Shown in pieces: positions 36,933-46,380 of a stretch of DNA of 50,034 bases; the stretch's first letter is position 1; the number at the start of each line of letters is the position of its first letter. The position numbers and the translations under genes were made by a program. Origin of the DNA: Methanobacteriota archaeon (lineage in GTDB: Archaea; Thermoplasmatota; E2; JACPAO01); assembly GCA_016180755.1 (NCBI GenBank), contig JACPAO010000072.1:1-50034 (forward strand), written 5' to 3'. The notes beneath the pieces are model-generated. The model did no database searches. It was not told where the DNA came from and worked only from the letters and a program-made list of their open reading frames with translations.

Positions 36933-38399
36933 GTGACCTCGAAGGCGCCCCCCAAGGCGGCCTCGGCCCCCGCCGCCCCCATCGCGCTCACGCGCAAGAA
37001 GTCCGACGATTTCATGGAGTGGTACCTCGAGGTCTGCGACGTCGCCGAGCTCTCCGACAAGCGGTACGCGATCAAGGGCATGAACATCTGGCGGCCCTAC
37101 GCGTACAAGGTCATGCACAACATCGACGAGTTCACCCGGAAGGAGATGGCGCGTTCCGGCCACGACGAGGTCCTCTTCCCCCTCATGATCCCCGAATCCT
37201 ACTTCCGCAAGGAGCAGGAGCAGATCAAGGGGTTCGGCGGCGAGGTTTTCTGGGTCGACTTTGCAGGCGAGAACAAGCTCGAGGAGCGCCTCGTCATCCG
37301 GCCGACCTCCGAGACGGCCATGTACTCGATCTTCCCGTTGTGGATCCGCAGCCACGCGGACCTGCCGCTCCGGACCTTCCAGATCGTGAACGTGTTCCGG
37401 TACGAAACGAAGCAGACCCGTCCCTTCATGCGCGTGCGCGAGATCCACTTCTTCGAGGACCACTCGTGCTTCGCGACGTACGAGGACTCGGAGGCGCACA
37501 TGAACGTGGACCTCGAGGTCGTGCGAAACTGCCTCACGCGGCTCGCGCTCCCCTACATCACGAGCCGGCGGCCCGACTGGGACAAGTTCCCGGGCGCGCA
37601 CTACTCGGTGGGCTGTGACGTCGTCATGCCGAGCGGCCGCACGCTCCAGTGCGCGACCGTCCACCAGTACAAGGACAACTTCAGCAAGGCGTACGAGATC
37701 ACGTACGAGGCACCGGACGGCACGCGCAAAAACGTCCACCAGACGACCTTCGGCATGAGCGAGCGTCTCGTGGGGGCGACGGTCGGCGTCCACGGCGACG
37801 ACCGCGGCCTCGTCCTTCCGCCCGAGGTCGCCCCGATCCAGGTCGTCGTCGTCCCGATCATCTTCAAAGGGAAGGAGAAGCCGGTCCTCGACGCGTGCGC
37901 AGACGTCGCGCGGCGCCTCCGGGACAAGGGACTCCGGGTCCACGTCGACGACCGCGACCGCAACGCCGGCGAGAAGTACTTCCACTGGGAGCTTCGCGGT
38001 GTCCCCCTGCGGCTCGAGATCGGCCCCCGCGACCTCGAGAAGCAGAGCGTCATGACCGTGCGCCGCGACGCCGGGAAGGCGATCGTCCCGATGGCGACCG
38101 TCGAGGCGGAGGTCGAGAAGCTCCTTCAGCACGTCCAGGCGGACCTCCTCGAGCGGCAGACGAAGTTCCAAGCAGGCCAGATCCACCGGGCCCACAAGAT
38201 CGAGGAGGCCCGCCCGCTCGGGGGAATCGTCGTGCTGCCGGTCTGCGACAAGGCCACCTGCGGCCACGGCGTCGAGGAGGCGCTCGACTACAAGACGCTC
38301 GGCGTCCCGATGGACGAGCCCTCGGACGCTTCGCGCGAGCGTTGCGCGCATTGCGGCGAGGCCGCGAAGGACTGGATCCGCTTCGCTAGGACGTATTAG
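36933..38399 (+). CDS. proS: Proline--tRNA ligase (archaeal/eukaryotic type)
   Basis: DFMEWY, IRPTSET, VFRYETKQTRPFMRVREI, HQTTFGMSER, WELRGVPLRLEIGPRD, C-terminal FARTY. Confidence 0.97.
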   Translation: MTSKAPPKAASAPAAPIALTRKKSDDFMEWYLEVCDVAELSDKRYAIKGMNIWRPYAYKVMHNIDEFTRKEMARSGHDEVLFPLMIPESYFRKEQEQIKGFGGEVFWVDFAGENKLEERLVIRPTSETAMYSIFPLWIRSHADLPLRTFQIVNVFRYETKQTRPFMRVREIHFFEDHSCFATYEDSEAHMNVDLEVVRNCLTRLALPYITSRRPDWDKFPGAHYSVGCDVVMPSGRTLQCATVHQYKDNFSKAYEITYEAPDGTRKNVHQTTFGMSERLVGATVGVHGDDRGLVLPPEVAPIQVVVVPIIFKGKEKPVLDACADVARRLRDKGLRVHVDDRDRNAGEKYFHWELRGVPLRLEIGPRDLEKQSVMTVRRDAGKAIVPMATVEAEVEKLLQHVQADLLERQTKFQAGQIHRAHKIEEARPLGGIVVLPVCDKATCGHGVEEALDYKTLGVPMDEPSDASRERCAHCGEAAKDWIRFARTY

Positions 38400-38408
38400 G
38401 CTCGAGCG

Positions 38409-39422
38409 CTACGCGTCGGGGAGCGCCGTGTAGGTGGGCGGGGCGGGTTCGACGAAGAAGAACGTCATGTAGACGGTCGCGACGTTGTTCTGCGCGACGC
38501 CGTAGTCGGGCGTTGTCTCGCAATTATTGATGAGGGACCCGAGGTCGCAGTAGCCCGGGAAGAGCCGGTAGAACCAGTCGCAGCACCAGTCCGCCTCCGG
38601 GATCTTCCGTTGCGTGAGAAGCGCCTCGTCGATCTTCCAGATGATGGGCGGCTTCGGCTGCATGCGGAAGAAGGTGTAGGGGCCGCCCTGATTGATGGAT
38701 CCACCCTGTCCGCGGGGGATGTTGGGCGCGTTGATGTCGAACATGAACCCCTTCCCGGTCGCCCCCGTCTGGGCGGCCCATGTGACCTCGCCGACGATGG
38801 TGGTCCAGTTGTTGCCGTTCTCCTGGTGTTTCTCAAGCAACGATGTGTAGTGGCGTTCGCAGTAGTCCCCCGAAGGCGCGCAACCGGTCCGGACGCCCTG
38901 GCAGGTCTTCGCAAGGGGCTGCCCCTGGCCTCCGAGGTCGTACATGCATTGGGGGGTAAGCTTCACCATCACGCCCGAGACCTCGGCGCGTCGCACGTCG
39001 CGGACCTCGAAGCGCCCGACCTCCGCCAGCTTTTCGAGCATGAGAGGCACGGTGAGGACGGCCCCTTGCTCGACCGTGATCCGTTTCCCCGTCGAGGCGT
39101 ACCCAAGGCGCTGCGCGACGATCTGGTGGTCGCCGGGCGGGACGCGAGAGATGGAGAAGTGTCCGCCCTCGTCGGTAAGGACCACGAGGTCTTCCGGCAT
39201 CTCTCCGCCTCGCAGGATGGCAACCTGGACGCCCGCGATGGGCACGACCTCGGCGTCCGTGACCGTCCCCTCGACGGCCCCGGTGCTGTCGTCGAATTCC
39301 GCCGGGCCCGAACTGACCTGGGGGCCGGCGGACGCCCCGGCGGCCGTGGACTGCGCGTCCTCGACGCAGCCGGCCAAGAATCCAGTGCAAAACAGCGCCG
39401 CCACTACGAATGGAACCCTCAT
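38409..39422 (-). CDS. Lipoprotein, carboxypeptidase-regulatory-like domain plus Cys-rich domain (paralog 1)
   Basis: LAGC lipobox; TGAVEGTVTD..PIAG..TDEGG.F..VPPG; paralogous to its neighbours. Confidence 0.85.
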   Translation of the reverse strand: MRVPFVVAALFCTGFLAGCVEDAQSTAAGASAGPQVSSGPAEFDDSTGAVEGTVTDAEVVPIAGVQVAILRGGEMPEDLVVLTDEGGHFSISRVPPGDHQIVAQRLGYASTGKRITVEQGAVLTVPLMLEKLAEVGRFEVRDVRRAEVSGVMVKLTPQCMYDLGGQGQPLAKTCQGVRTGCAPSGDYCERHYTSLLEKHQENGNNWTTIVGEVTWAAQTGATGKGFMFDINAPNIPRGQGGSINQGGPYTFFRMQPKPPIIWKIDEALLTQRKIPEADWCCDWFYRLFPGYCDLGSLINNCETTPDYGVAQNNVATVYMTFFFVEPAPPTYTALPDA

Positions 39423-39550
39423 GCTGGCACCTGGGCTCTCCCCTGCCCGCGCCATCAAGCCATTTGCGACGTTAAAAGTGTTACCGCCTAGCACGCCACG
39501 CGAGGGCCCCAAGCTCCCGCTATCCCGCGCCCCCGCGCGGCGCCGACCCC

Positions 39551-40400
39551 CTACGCGTCGGGGAGCGCGGACTCTTCAGGAGCAAGCGGTTCCTTGTAGG
39601 CGAGGCTCACCCAGAACGTGAACGACTGTATCGGGGTTCTGGAAGTACCGCGGGTCCGCCTGGTTGGCGGCCCCGTTGGTGCCCCGCGTGATGTTCGGGA
39701 ATAGGATGTCGAGCTGGAGGCTCCGACCGACGACCGCCGTCTGTTGCGTCCAGACGAGCTCCACCATCATCGTCGCCCAGTCGGGTTCGACGGCGCCCGC
39801 CGCCGTCGGCGTCTTCCGAGAGCCGATCCCGATTTCCTGGTTGGAGCCGCCTTGCACGATGCCTCCGCACGTCTTGAGGAGGGGGTTGACGCTCGTCAAC
39901 GGCTCGTAGATGCACGGATGCGTGAGCTTCCAGCTTGCGCCCCGGTCGATGCTACCCTTGACCGAGTAGACGATCTTGAGCGCCTCGTCCGTCGGGAGCT
40001 TGGGGATGATGAACGACTTCTCCACGACCTGGCCCGCGATGACTTCGATCTTTGAACCTGCCGTCTCGTACCCGAGGGCGGTCGCGATGATCGAGTGGGT
40101 CCCCGGGGGGACCCGGCTGAGCGTGAAGCGGCCCGACTGGTCGGTCAGGACGGCGATGTTCTCGGGGACGAGGTCGCTCTTGAGGATGCCGACCTGCGCG
40201 TTCGCGATGGGCTGAATCTCGTCGTCCGTCACCGTTCCCTGGACGGCGCCCGTTTCGCCATCGAACTCGGCCGCGCCGGAATTGACCTGGGGTGCCTCGG
40301 ACGCAGGACCCTCGCTGGAGGAAACGTCACCCACGCAGCCCGCGAAGACGGTCAAGACGAAGGACGCGGCCGCGACAATCGGAAGCCTCATGCTCGACAC
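39551..40400 (-). pseudogene. Paralog 2 with internal deletion and frameshift
   Basis: Main frame stops at 39576; family C-terminus QSFTFWVSLAYKEPLAPEESALPDA* lies in another frame ending at 39551; last 18 nt identical to 38409-38426. Confidence 0.8.
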
Positions 40401-40463
40401 CTTAAGGATGTCCCGAGCGAACGAGGCACATGCGGGCTTAAAAGGGTTCCCCAGGCCGCCGCG

Positions 40464-41600
40464 TTATTCGTCGGGAAGGGCCGTGAAATCCTGCGAAAGC
40501 GGCTGCCGGACCGCGAACGTGAAGTAGACGTCCGCCCGGCCCTGCAGCATGAGCCCGTAGTCCGGCCCGAACCCGTCGTTGCAGATGCCGAGGTCGCACG
40601 CGGCCGCGAACATGCGCCAGAACCAGTCGCAGTTGGGCGTGCCCGACGGGCCCGGGGCGGTGCAGTCGTTCTCGGGGTAGTTGTTCCAGTCGCTCGCCGG
40701 GATCTTCCGCTCCTCGAGCGTCGTCGGCTTGTCGATGCGGAGGATGATGGGCGGCTTGTTGGTGCCCTTGTACCAGGTGTACGGCGACGCCTGGTCGATT
40801 GAGCCGCCCGTGCCGCGCGTGATGTTGGGCGCGTTGATGTCGAACAGGAAGCCGCGGCCCGTCGCGCCGGTCTGCGCCTTCCACGTCACCTCGCCGAGGA
40901 TCGAGGACCAGTTCGCGTTGAACTCGGAATACTTCTTGTTGGTCTGCGTGTGGCTCTCGCATGCGTCGCAGCCGGTCGTGACGTTGTAGCCGGCCGCCCC
41001 GGTCGTCCCGAAGCGGACGCCGCCGCACGTCTTGAGGAGGTTCGCGTTCTCGCTCACGACCGGGATCCCGGGCGGCACGTACCCCGATAGGTAAAGGCAG
41101 CTCGGGGTCGCCTTGTACATGAGGCTGCTCATCTGGAGGGACTCGTGGATGGTCCGCTGGTAGGGGTCGTCCGTGGGGAGCGGTTCGAGGATGAACGACA
41201 GGGTCTCGGCCTTCCCCGCCGTGACCTCGATGGCGCGGGCCTGGGCCTGGAAGCCGAGCGCTTGGACGTCCATCCGGTACTGGCCCGGGGCGAGCCGGTT
41301 GAGGACGAAGCGCCCGCTCTCGTCGGTCGAGGCCGTGACCGGTTCGGGGAGCGAGTCGGAGCGGAGTCCCACCTGCGCGGCGGGGATCGGATCCAACTCG
41401 GGCGTCGTCACGGTGCCTTCGATGGCCCCGGTCGTGTCGTCGAAGTCGACGGGGCCGGAGCGCGCGTCCGGTTGGCCCGTTCGGTCCGAGGCCCCTTCCC
41501 CTTGGCCGACGCAGCCCGCGAAGGCGACCCAGGCGACGATCGAAGCGGCGATTAGCGGCAGCGTACGCAATCTGAAGCCCCCTTTCTGGTCTCCCCGCAT
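40464..41600 (-). CDS. Lipoprotein, carboxypeptidase-regulatory-like domain plus Cys-rich domain (paralog 3)
   Basis: FAGC lipobox; shares GEVTW.AQTGATG.GF.FDINAPNI and CDWF with paralog 1. Confidence 0.85.
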   Translation of the reverse strand: MRGDQKGGFRLRTLPLIAASIVAWVAFAGCVGQGEGASDRTGQPDARSGPVDFDDTTGAIEGTVTTPELDPIPAAQVGLRSDSLPEPVTASTDESGRFVLNRLAPGQYRMDVQALGFQAQARAIEVTAGKAETLSFILEPLPTDDPYQRTIHESLQMSSLMYKATPSCLYLSGYVPPGIPVVSENANLLKTCGGVRFGTTGAAGYNVTTGCDACESHTQTNKKYSEFNANWSSILGEVTWKAQTGATGRGFLFDINAPNITRGTGGSIDQASPYTWYKGTNKPPIILRIDKPTTLEERKIPASDWNNYPENDCTAPGPSGTPNCDWFWRMFAAACDLGICNDGFGPDYGLMLQGRADVYFTFAVRQPLSQDFTALPDE

Positions 41601-41696
41601 CGGAGCCTCCGTAAGGGCCCAAAGGCCTTACGGGTCAATCGACGCTCGAACAAGCCGCGAAAGGCTTACGACGGGGAGCCGTCATGGGCGCGAAGC

Positions 41697-42488
41697 TTGC
41701 CGAGTTTCCGGATCGTGCTCGTGGAGCCCAAGTACGAGGGCAACGTGGGAAGCGTCGCCCGCGTCATGATGAACTTCGGGCAGAGCGAGCTCGTCCTCGT
41801 CAACCCGCCCCCGCTCAAGAACGAGGCGCAGGCGCGCGCCATGCACGCCTGGGGTATCGTGGAGAACGCGTTGCGCGTCGAAACGGTCGCCGCGGCCATC
41901 GAAGGCTGCGACTACGTCGTCGGGACGTCCGCGCGCATCCCGGGCCCCGAGAAGACGTACCTGCGGAACCCCATCGACGCCCGCGACTTCCCACCGCGCA
42001 TCGCCCCGATGAACGGCCGCGTCGCGCTCCTCTTCGGGCGCGAGGACTTCGGGCTCTTCAACGAGGAGCTCGAGCTGTGCGACCTCCTTCTCACGATCCC
42101 CACGAGCGACGCCTACCGCAGTCTCAACCTCGCGCAGGCGATTGGCGTCGTCCTCTACGAGATCTACGTGCAGCTGGCCGAGAAGCCCGTGCGCGAGCTC
42201 ACGCCGATGAGCGAGGAGATGCGGCGGCATTTCCAAGGAATGTTCGACCGCCTCATCGAGGCGATGCGGATGCCCGAGCACCAGGAGCGGAACGCGAAGA
42301 CCGCCTACCGCAAGCTCTTCGGCCGCGCCGTGCCGAGCGCGTGGGAGTACTTCGTCCTCATGGGGATCCTGCGAAGGACCCTCGTCGAGCTCGGCGTGAA
42401 ACTCCCCGAGGGACGAAAGGTGCCGGAGTTCGACGTGCCGCCCGACGTCTCGAAGGAGTTCCTCGCGATGCTCGACCCGCCGCGCTGA
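41697..42488 (+). CDS. trmJ: TrmJ/TrmH-family SPOUT RNA methyltransferase
   Basis: VLVEPKYEGNVGSVARVMMNFG, FGREDFGL.NEEL, SLNLAQA. Confidence 0.9.
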   Translation: MPSFRIVLVEPKYEGNVGSVARVMMNFGQSELVLVNPPPLKNEAQARAMHAWGIVENALRVETVAAAIEGCDYVVGTSARIPGPEKTYLRNPIDARDFPPRIAPMNGRVALLFGREDFGLFNEELELCDLLLTIPTSDAYRSLNLAQAIGVVLYEIYVQLAEKPVRELTPMSEEMRRHFQGMFDRLIEAMRMPEHQERNAKTAYRKLFGRAVPSAWEYFVLMGILRRTLVELGVKLPEGRKVPEFDVPPDVSKEFLAMLDPPR

Positions 42489-42490
42489 GC

Positions 42491-42949
42491 TCAGAGTTCC
42501 TGCTCGAGCTGGAAGTCCGTGAGGATTCCGGCGATGACCTCGGCCGGGTAGAACGCGGCCGCGTCGCGCATGACCTCGAGGCGCGCCGCCATCGACTGCG
42601 CCCCGTACGCGCGCTTGCGCACCTCGTGCACGTGGGCCTTGAGTTCCTGGTTCCGGAACCAGAGGGAGCCGCAGTTCCTGCAGCCTGCGCCCGCGACGTC
42701 GTTGATCCGCAGGTCCCCGAGCGTGCTCGCGCAGCCCGGGCATTCCCCTTGGGCTGTGCCGCGGATGAGGCCCCGGATCTTGCTACTCGCCGCGGGCCCG
42801 ACCATGCCGCGCACGTCTCCCTCGTCGAGGAAGATCCCGTGGTCCTGCGGGCACGTGTCGATGACGATGTTCATCTTGGTGCGGTCGGGACGCAACTCGC
42901 CACGACAATCGGGGCAAAGAAGCCGGGGAGGCCGGGCCGGCATACGCAC
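42491..42949 (-). CDS. Tandem zf-TFIIB-like zinc-ribbon protein
   Basis: CPDC..IDTCPQDHGIFLDEGD and CPGC..CRNCGSLWF. Confidence 0.8.
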   Translation of the reverse strand: MRMPARPPRLLCPDCRGELRPDRTKMNIVIDTCPQDHGIFLDEGDVRGMVGPAASSKIRGLIRGTAQGECPGCASTLGDLRINDVAGAGCRNCGSLWFRNQELKAHVHEVRKRAYGAQSMAARLEVMRDAAAFYPAEVIAGILTDFQLEQEL

Positions 42950-43013
42950 GACTTATTCGGCCCCGGACTCATATAGGTTCCCTGAAAGGAAATCGGGCGG
43001 ACCGAGCGCCGTC

Positions 43014-44036
43014 CTACGCCGTCGCCGCGACGGCGCGCCGTGGAATCCGCAGGCGGAAGTCGCATTCGACGCGGCCGACCACGCGCCCCGCGACGTTCTG
43101 CAGCGGTTCCCCCCAGTGCCGTCGAAGCGAATTCTTCTCCGGGGCCGAGATCGCGCCCAGCTCCTCGAGCACGCGCACGAGCGCGGGGCCCACGGCGCGC
43201 GAACCGCCGTCCTCGACCTTGAGGCAGACGCCCAGTCCGCGGCCGACGAGGGCGGCCCCGTAGCAGGCCTCGGCACCGGCTTTCACGACGATGCGGCCCG
43301 CGAGCCTTCGCATGAGGTCGGTATCGAGGCGGTCCGTGCCGGCGACCATCTCCGGGTGCGCGAGCATGGCGTCGCGGATCCGTCGCAGCGCGACGCCGCG
43401 CCGGCCTTGGATCGTCTCGGGGTTCGCGAGGCGCGCGAACGCGCGCGCGCCCGCCTTGAGGGGCACGCCGAACGAGGAGACGCCGCAGCCGTCCAGGCCG
43501 ATCGGGATCCGGTCCGGCGCGAGGCCGCACTCCTTCGCGACGACCTTGAGGATGGCCTGCTGGACGGGGCCTTCGGCCGCGAGGTACGAGCGCGGGTCCC
43601 AACCCATGTGGACGGCGAGCGCGAGCATCCCGCTGTGCTTTCCCGAACAGTTGTGGTGGAGCGACGTGAAGCCGTTCCCGACCCGTTCCGCGGACTCCTT
43701 GTGGTAGGGTGCGTGCCGTCCGCACTGGAGCGAATCTTCGCCCAGGCCGATCTTCGCGAGGATGCCGCGGACGGTCTCAATGTGGTCGGGCTCGCCTCCG
43801 TGGCTTCCCGCGATGATCGCGAGCTCCTTCGGCGTGAAGGCGAAACGGTCCGCGGCGCCCGACTCGACGAGCGGCACGAGCTGCATCGGCTTCGCGCTCG
43901 ACCGCAGGAACGTGACGAGTCGAGGGTCACCGAACGAGCCCGCCAGGCGGCCCCGCGCGTCCGCGACGGCGACGCTCACGCGGTGGACGCTCTCGACGGT
44001 CTCGCCCCGGACGAACCGAACCGCCACCGGGTCCAT
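43014..44036 (-). CDS. L-asparaginase II (rhizobial-type)
   Basis: ESVH, RSSAKPMQ, SHGGE, HNCSGKH, DGCG, KAGAE. Confidence 0.92.
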   Translation of the reverse strand: MDPVAVRFVRGETVESVHRVSVAVADARGRLAGSFGDPRLVTFLRSSAKPMQLVPLVESGAADRFAFTPKELAIIAGSHGGEPDHIETVRGILAKIGLGEDSLQCGRHAPYHKESAERVGNGFTSLHHNCSGKHSGMLALAVHMGWDPRSYLAAEGPVQQAILKVVAKECGLAPDRIPIGLDGCGVSSFGVPLKAGARAFARLANPETIQGRRGVALRRIRDAMLAHPEMVAGTDRLDTDLMRRLAGRIVVKAGAEACYGAALVGRGLGVCLKVEDGGSRAVGPALVRVLEELGAISAPEKNSLRRHWGEPLQNVAGRVVGRVECDFRLRIPRRAVAATA

Positions 44037-44108
44037 GCGGCGTCGCCCAGAGAAGGGCGGCTGATTAAGCCTTCGACCCAACTCGAAAACCGCTAAAGGC
44101 CCCTGGGC

Positions 44109-45266
44109 ATGGAACCCGGCATGGAGGGTACGGCCGGGTCGATAACCAGGAGCCCCGCCGCCATCTTCCTGCGCTTCCTCCTCCTCGGGTTCCAGAGCTG
44201 GGGCGACTCCTCGTCGCGCCTCGCCGTCCTCTACCGCGAGCTCGTCGAGAAGGAGGGCTGGATGAGCAACCTCGCCTTCGCCCGCGCCTACGCCGTCTAC
44301 CACGCCCTCCCCGGCCCCGAGGCCATCGAGATGGCCGTCCACCTAGGCTACCGGCGCAGCGGCCGGCTCGGAGGCCTCCTCGCCGGCATCGGGTTCAGCC
44401 TCCCCGGGCTCCTCTTCGCGCTCGCGCTCGCCGCCCTGTACCTCCGCTTCGGCCGCGATGCTTGGGGCCTCCAAGGGGCCCTGTACGCGATCAAGCCCGT
44501 CGTCATCGCCCTCATCGCCCAGGCCATCATCAAGATCGGCCGCGTGAGCCTCCACAACGACGTCCTCATCCACCTTGCTCTCGCCTCGTTCCTCGCGTCG
44601 CTCCTCCTGCCGATCAACATCGTCGTGATCATCTTCGTGCTCGCGGCCGGCTACTTCGTGGCGCAGCGCAACCCTGGCTCGAGCGGCCTGCCGGCCCTCG
44701 CCCTCACGCCGCTCCTTCTTAAAGGGCTCGGGCTCCCGGTCCTCGTCCTCCTTCCCCTCTTCTTCTTCGAGGCCGGGATGCTCACCTTCGGCGGCTCCTA
44801 CACCGTCCTCCCCTTCATCCAGCGCGGGATCGACGACTTCGGCTGGTTCAGCCACGAGACCTTCCTCGACGCCGTCGCCCTCTGCACGCTTGTCCCCGGG
44901 CCCATGGTCCTCGTCGGCGCGTTCCTCGGCTACCTCCTCGAGGGCCTCCCCGGCGGACTCCTCGCGGCCGCCGCCGTGCTCGCTCCCGCCTTCGCGTTCA
45001 CCCTGATCGCGCCGAAACCCATCATCCGCCTCGCCGAGAGCCCGCGCGTCAGAGACTTCTTCGACGGCGTCACGGCCGCCGTCGTCGGGCTCGTCGCGGT
45101 CACGCTCCTGCGGCTCGTCGAGGGCGCCATCGTCGACGTCGCCACCCTCGCCCTCGCGGTCGTCTCCTTCCTCGCCCTCACGGTCCGCCGCGTGAACGCC
45201 TTCGTCGTGGTCGCGGTCTCCGCCGCGCTCGGCGTCCTGTTCGAGGCCGCCGACCTCCTCCCCTAA
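44109..45266 (+). CDS. chrA: Chromate efflux transporter, long-chain CHR (paralog 1)
   Basis: ELVE..W..ALPGPEA, LTFGGSY, PGP in both halves. Confidence 0.9.
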   Translation: MEPGMEGTAGSITRSPAAIFLRFLLLGFQSWGDSSSRLAVLYRELVEKEGWMSNLAFARAYAVYHALPGPEAIEMAVHLGYRRSGRLGGLLAGIGFSLPGLLFALALAALYLRFGRDAWGLQGALYAIKPVVIALIAQAIIKIGRVSLHNDVLIHLALASFLASLLLPINIVVIIFVLAAGYFVAQRNPGSSGLPALALTPLLLKGLGLPVLVLLPLFFFEAGMLTFGGSYTVLPFIQRGIDDFGWFSHETFLDAVALCTLVPGPMVLVGAFLGYLLEGLPGGLLAAAAVLAPAFAFTLIAPKPIIRLAESPRVRDFFDGVTAAVVGLVAVTLLRLVEGAIVDVATLALAVVSFLALTVRRVNAFVVVAVSAALGVLFEAADLLP

Positions 45267-45297
45267 CCTCAAGAGGCGATCCCGGGTTCCGCCCGCC

Positions 45298-46380
45298 GTG
45301 GCGCCCGGAAATGGCACGACCCCGGGCTCGGTGTTCCTCCGTTTCCTCCGACTCGGCGTCCAAGCGTGGGGCGGACCCGTCGCGCAGATCGGCATGATGC
45401 ACCGCGAGCTCGTCGAACGCGAACGCTGGGTCGACGAGACGACGTTTCGACGCGTCCTCGCCGTCTACCAGGCCATCCCCGGCCCGGAGGCGAACGAGCT
45501 CGCCGTCTACTTCGGCTACCGCCGGGGCGGCCGCCTCGCGGGGCTCCTCGCCGGGCTCGGGTTCATGCTCCCCGGGTTCCTCCTTTGCCTCGCGGCCGCC
45601 GCCGCGTACGTCACCTTCGGCGCGGACCGGGCGGGCGTCGCCGGCCTACTCTACGCCGTGAAGCCGGTCGTCATCGCACTCATCGCGAACGCCCTCGCCC
45701 GCCTAGGCAAGAACGCCTGGACGAACGACTTCCTCGCCCATGTCGGAATCGCCGCGGGCCTTCTCGCCGGCCTCGCCGGCCTCAACTTCGTCCTCACCAT
45801 CCTCGGGCTGGGGACGCTCTATTTCCTTGCGAGGCGGAGGGGAAGCGCGTCGCTCGCGTGGACCCCGCTGCCGCTTCTTGGAATCTCGTTGCCCGCGCTC
45901 CCGATGCTGGCGGCCCTCTTCGTCGTCTTCCTCGAGGTCGGCCTCCTCACGTTCGGAGGCGCGTACACCGCGATCCCCCTCATCGAGGAGACCGTCGTTA
46001 GGCACTACGGCTGGATCACCCACACGGAGTTCCTCGACGCCCTCGCGCTCTCGAGCCTCCTGCCGGCGCCGCTCGTCATCGTCGGGACGTTCGTCGGCTT
46101 CGTCGCAGGCGGCCTCAAGGGCGCGCTCCTTGCGACGCTCGGCATCTACCTGCCCATGTTCGCGTTCACGCTGCTCTTCCACGAACGGCTCACGCGCCTC
46201 GTCGAGGACCCGAGGACGCACGACTTCTTCGACGGCGTCACCGCGCCCGACGCGACCACCGTCGCCCTCGGCGTCGCCGCGTTCGCCGCCCTTCGCCTCT
46301 TGCGTGCGAACGTCGCGTTCGTCGTCCTCGTCGCCGGCCTCCTCGGCGTGGCGCTCGAGCTCGTCGGCCGCGTCCCCTAG
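45298..46380 (+). CDS. chrA: Chromate efflux transporter, long-chain CHR (paralog 2, 18-aa deletion near the C-terminus)
   Basis: AWGGPVAQI..ELVE.ERW..YQAIPGPEA, LTFGGAY. Confidence 0.9.
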   Translation: MAPGNGTTPGSVFLRFLRLGVQAWGGPVAQIGMMHRELVERERWVDETTFRRVLAVYQAIPGPEANELAVYFGYRRGGRLAGLLAGLGFMLPGFLLCLAAAAAYVTFGADRAGVAGLLYAVKPVVIALIANALARLGKNAWTNDFLAHVGIAAGLLAGLAGLNFVLTILGLGTLYFLARRRGSASLAWTPLPLLGISLPALPMLAALFVVFLEVGLLTFGGAYTAIPLIEETVVRHYGWITHTEFLDALALSSLLPAPLVIVGTFVGFVAGGLKGALLATLGIYLPMFAFTLLFHERLTRLVEDPRTHDFFDGVTAPDATTVALGVAAFAALRLLRANVAFVVLVAGLLGVALELVGRVP

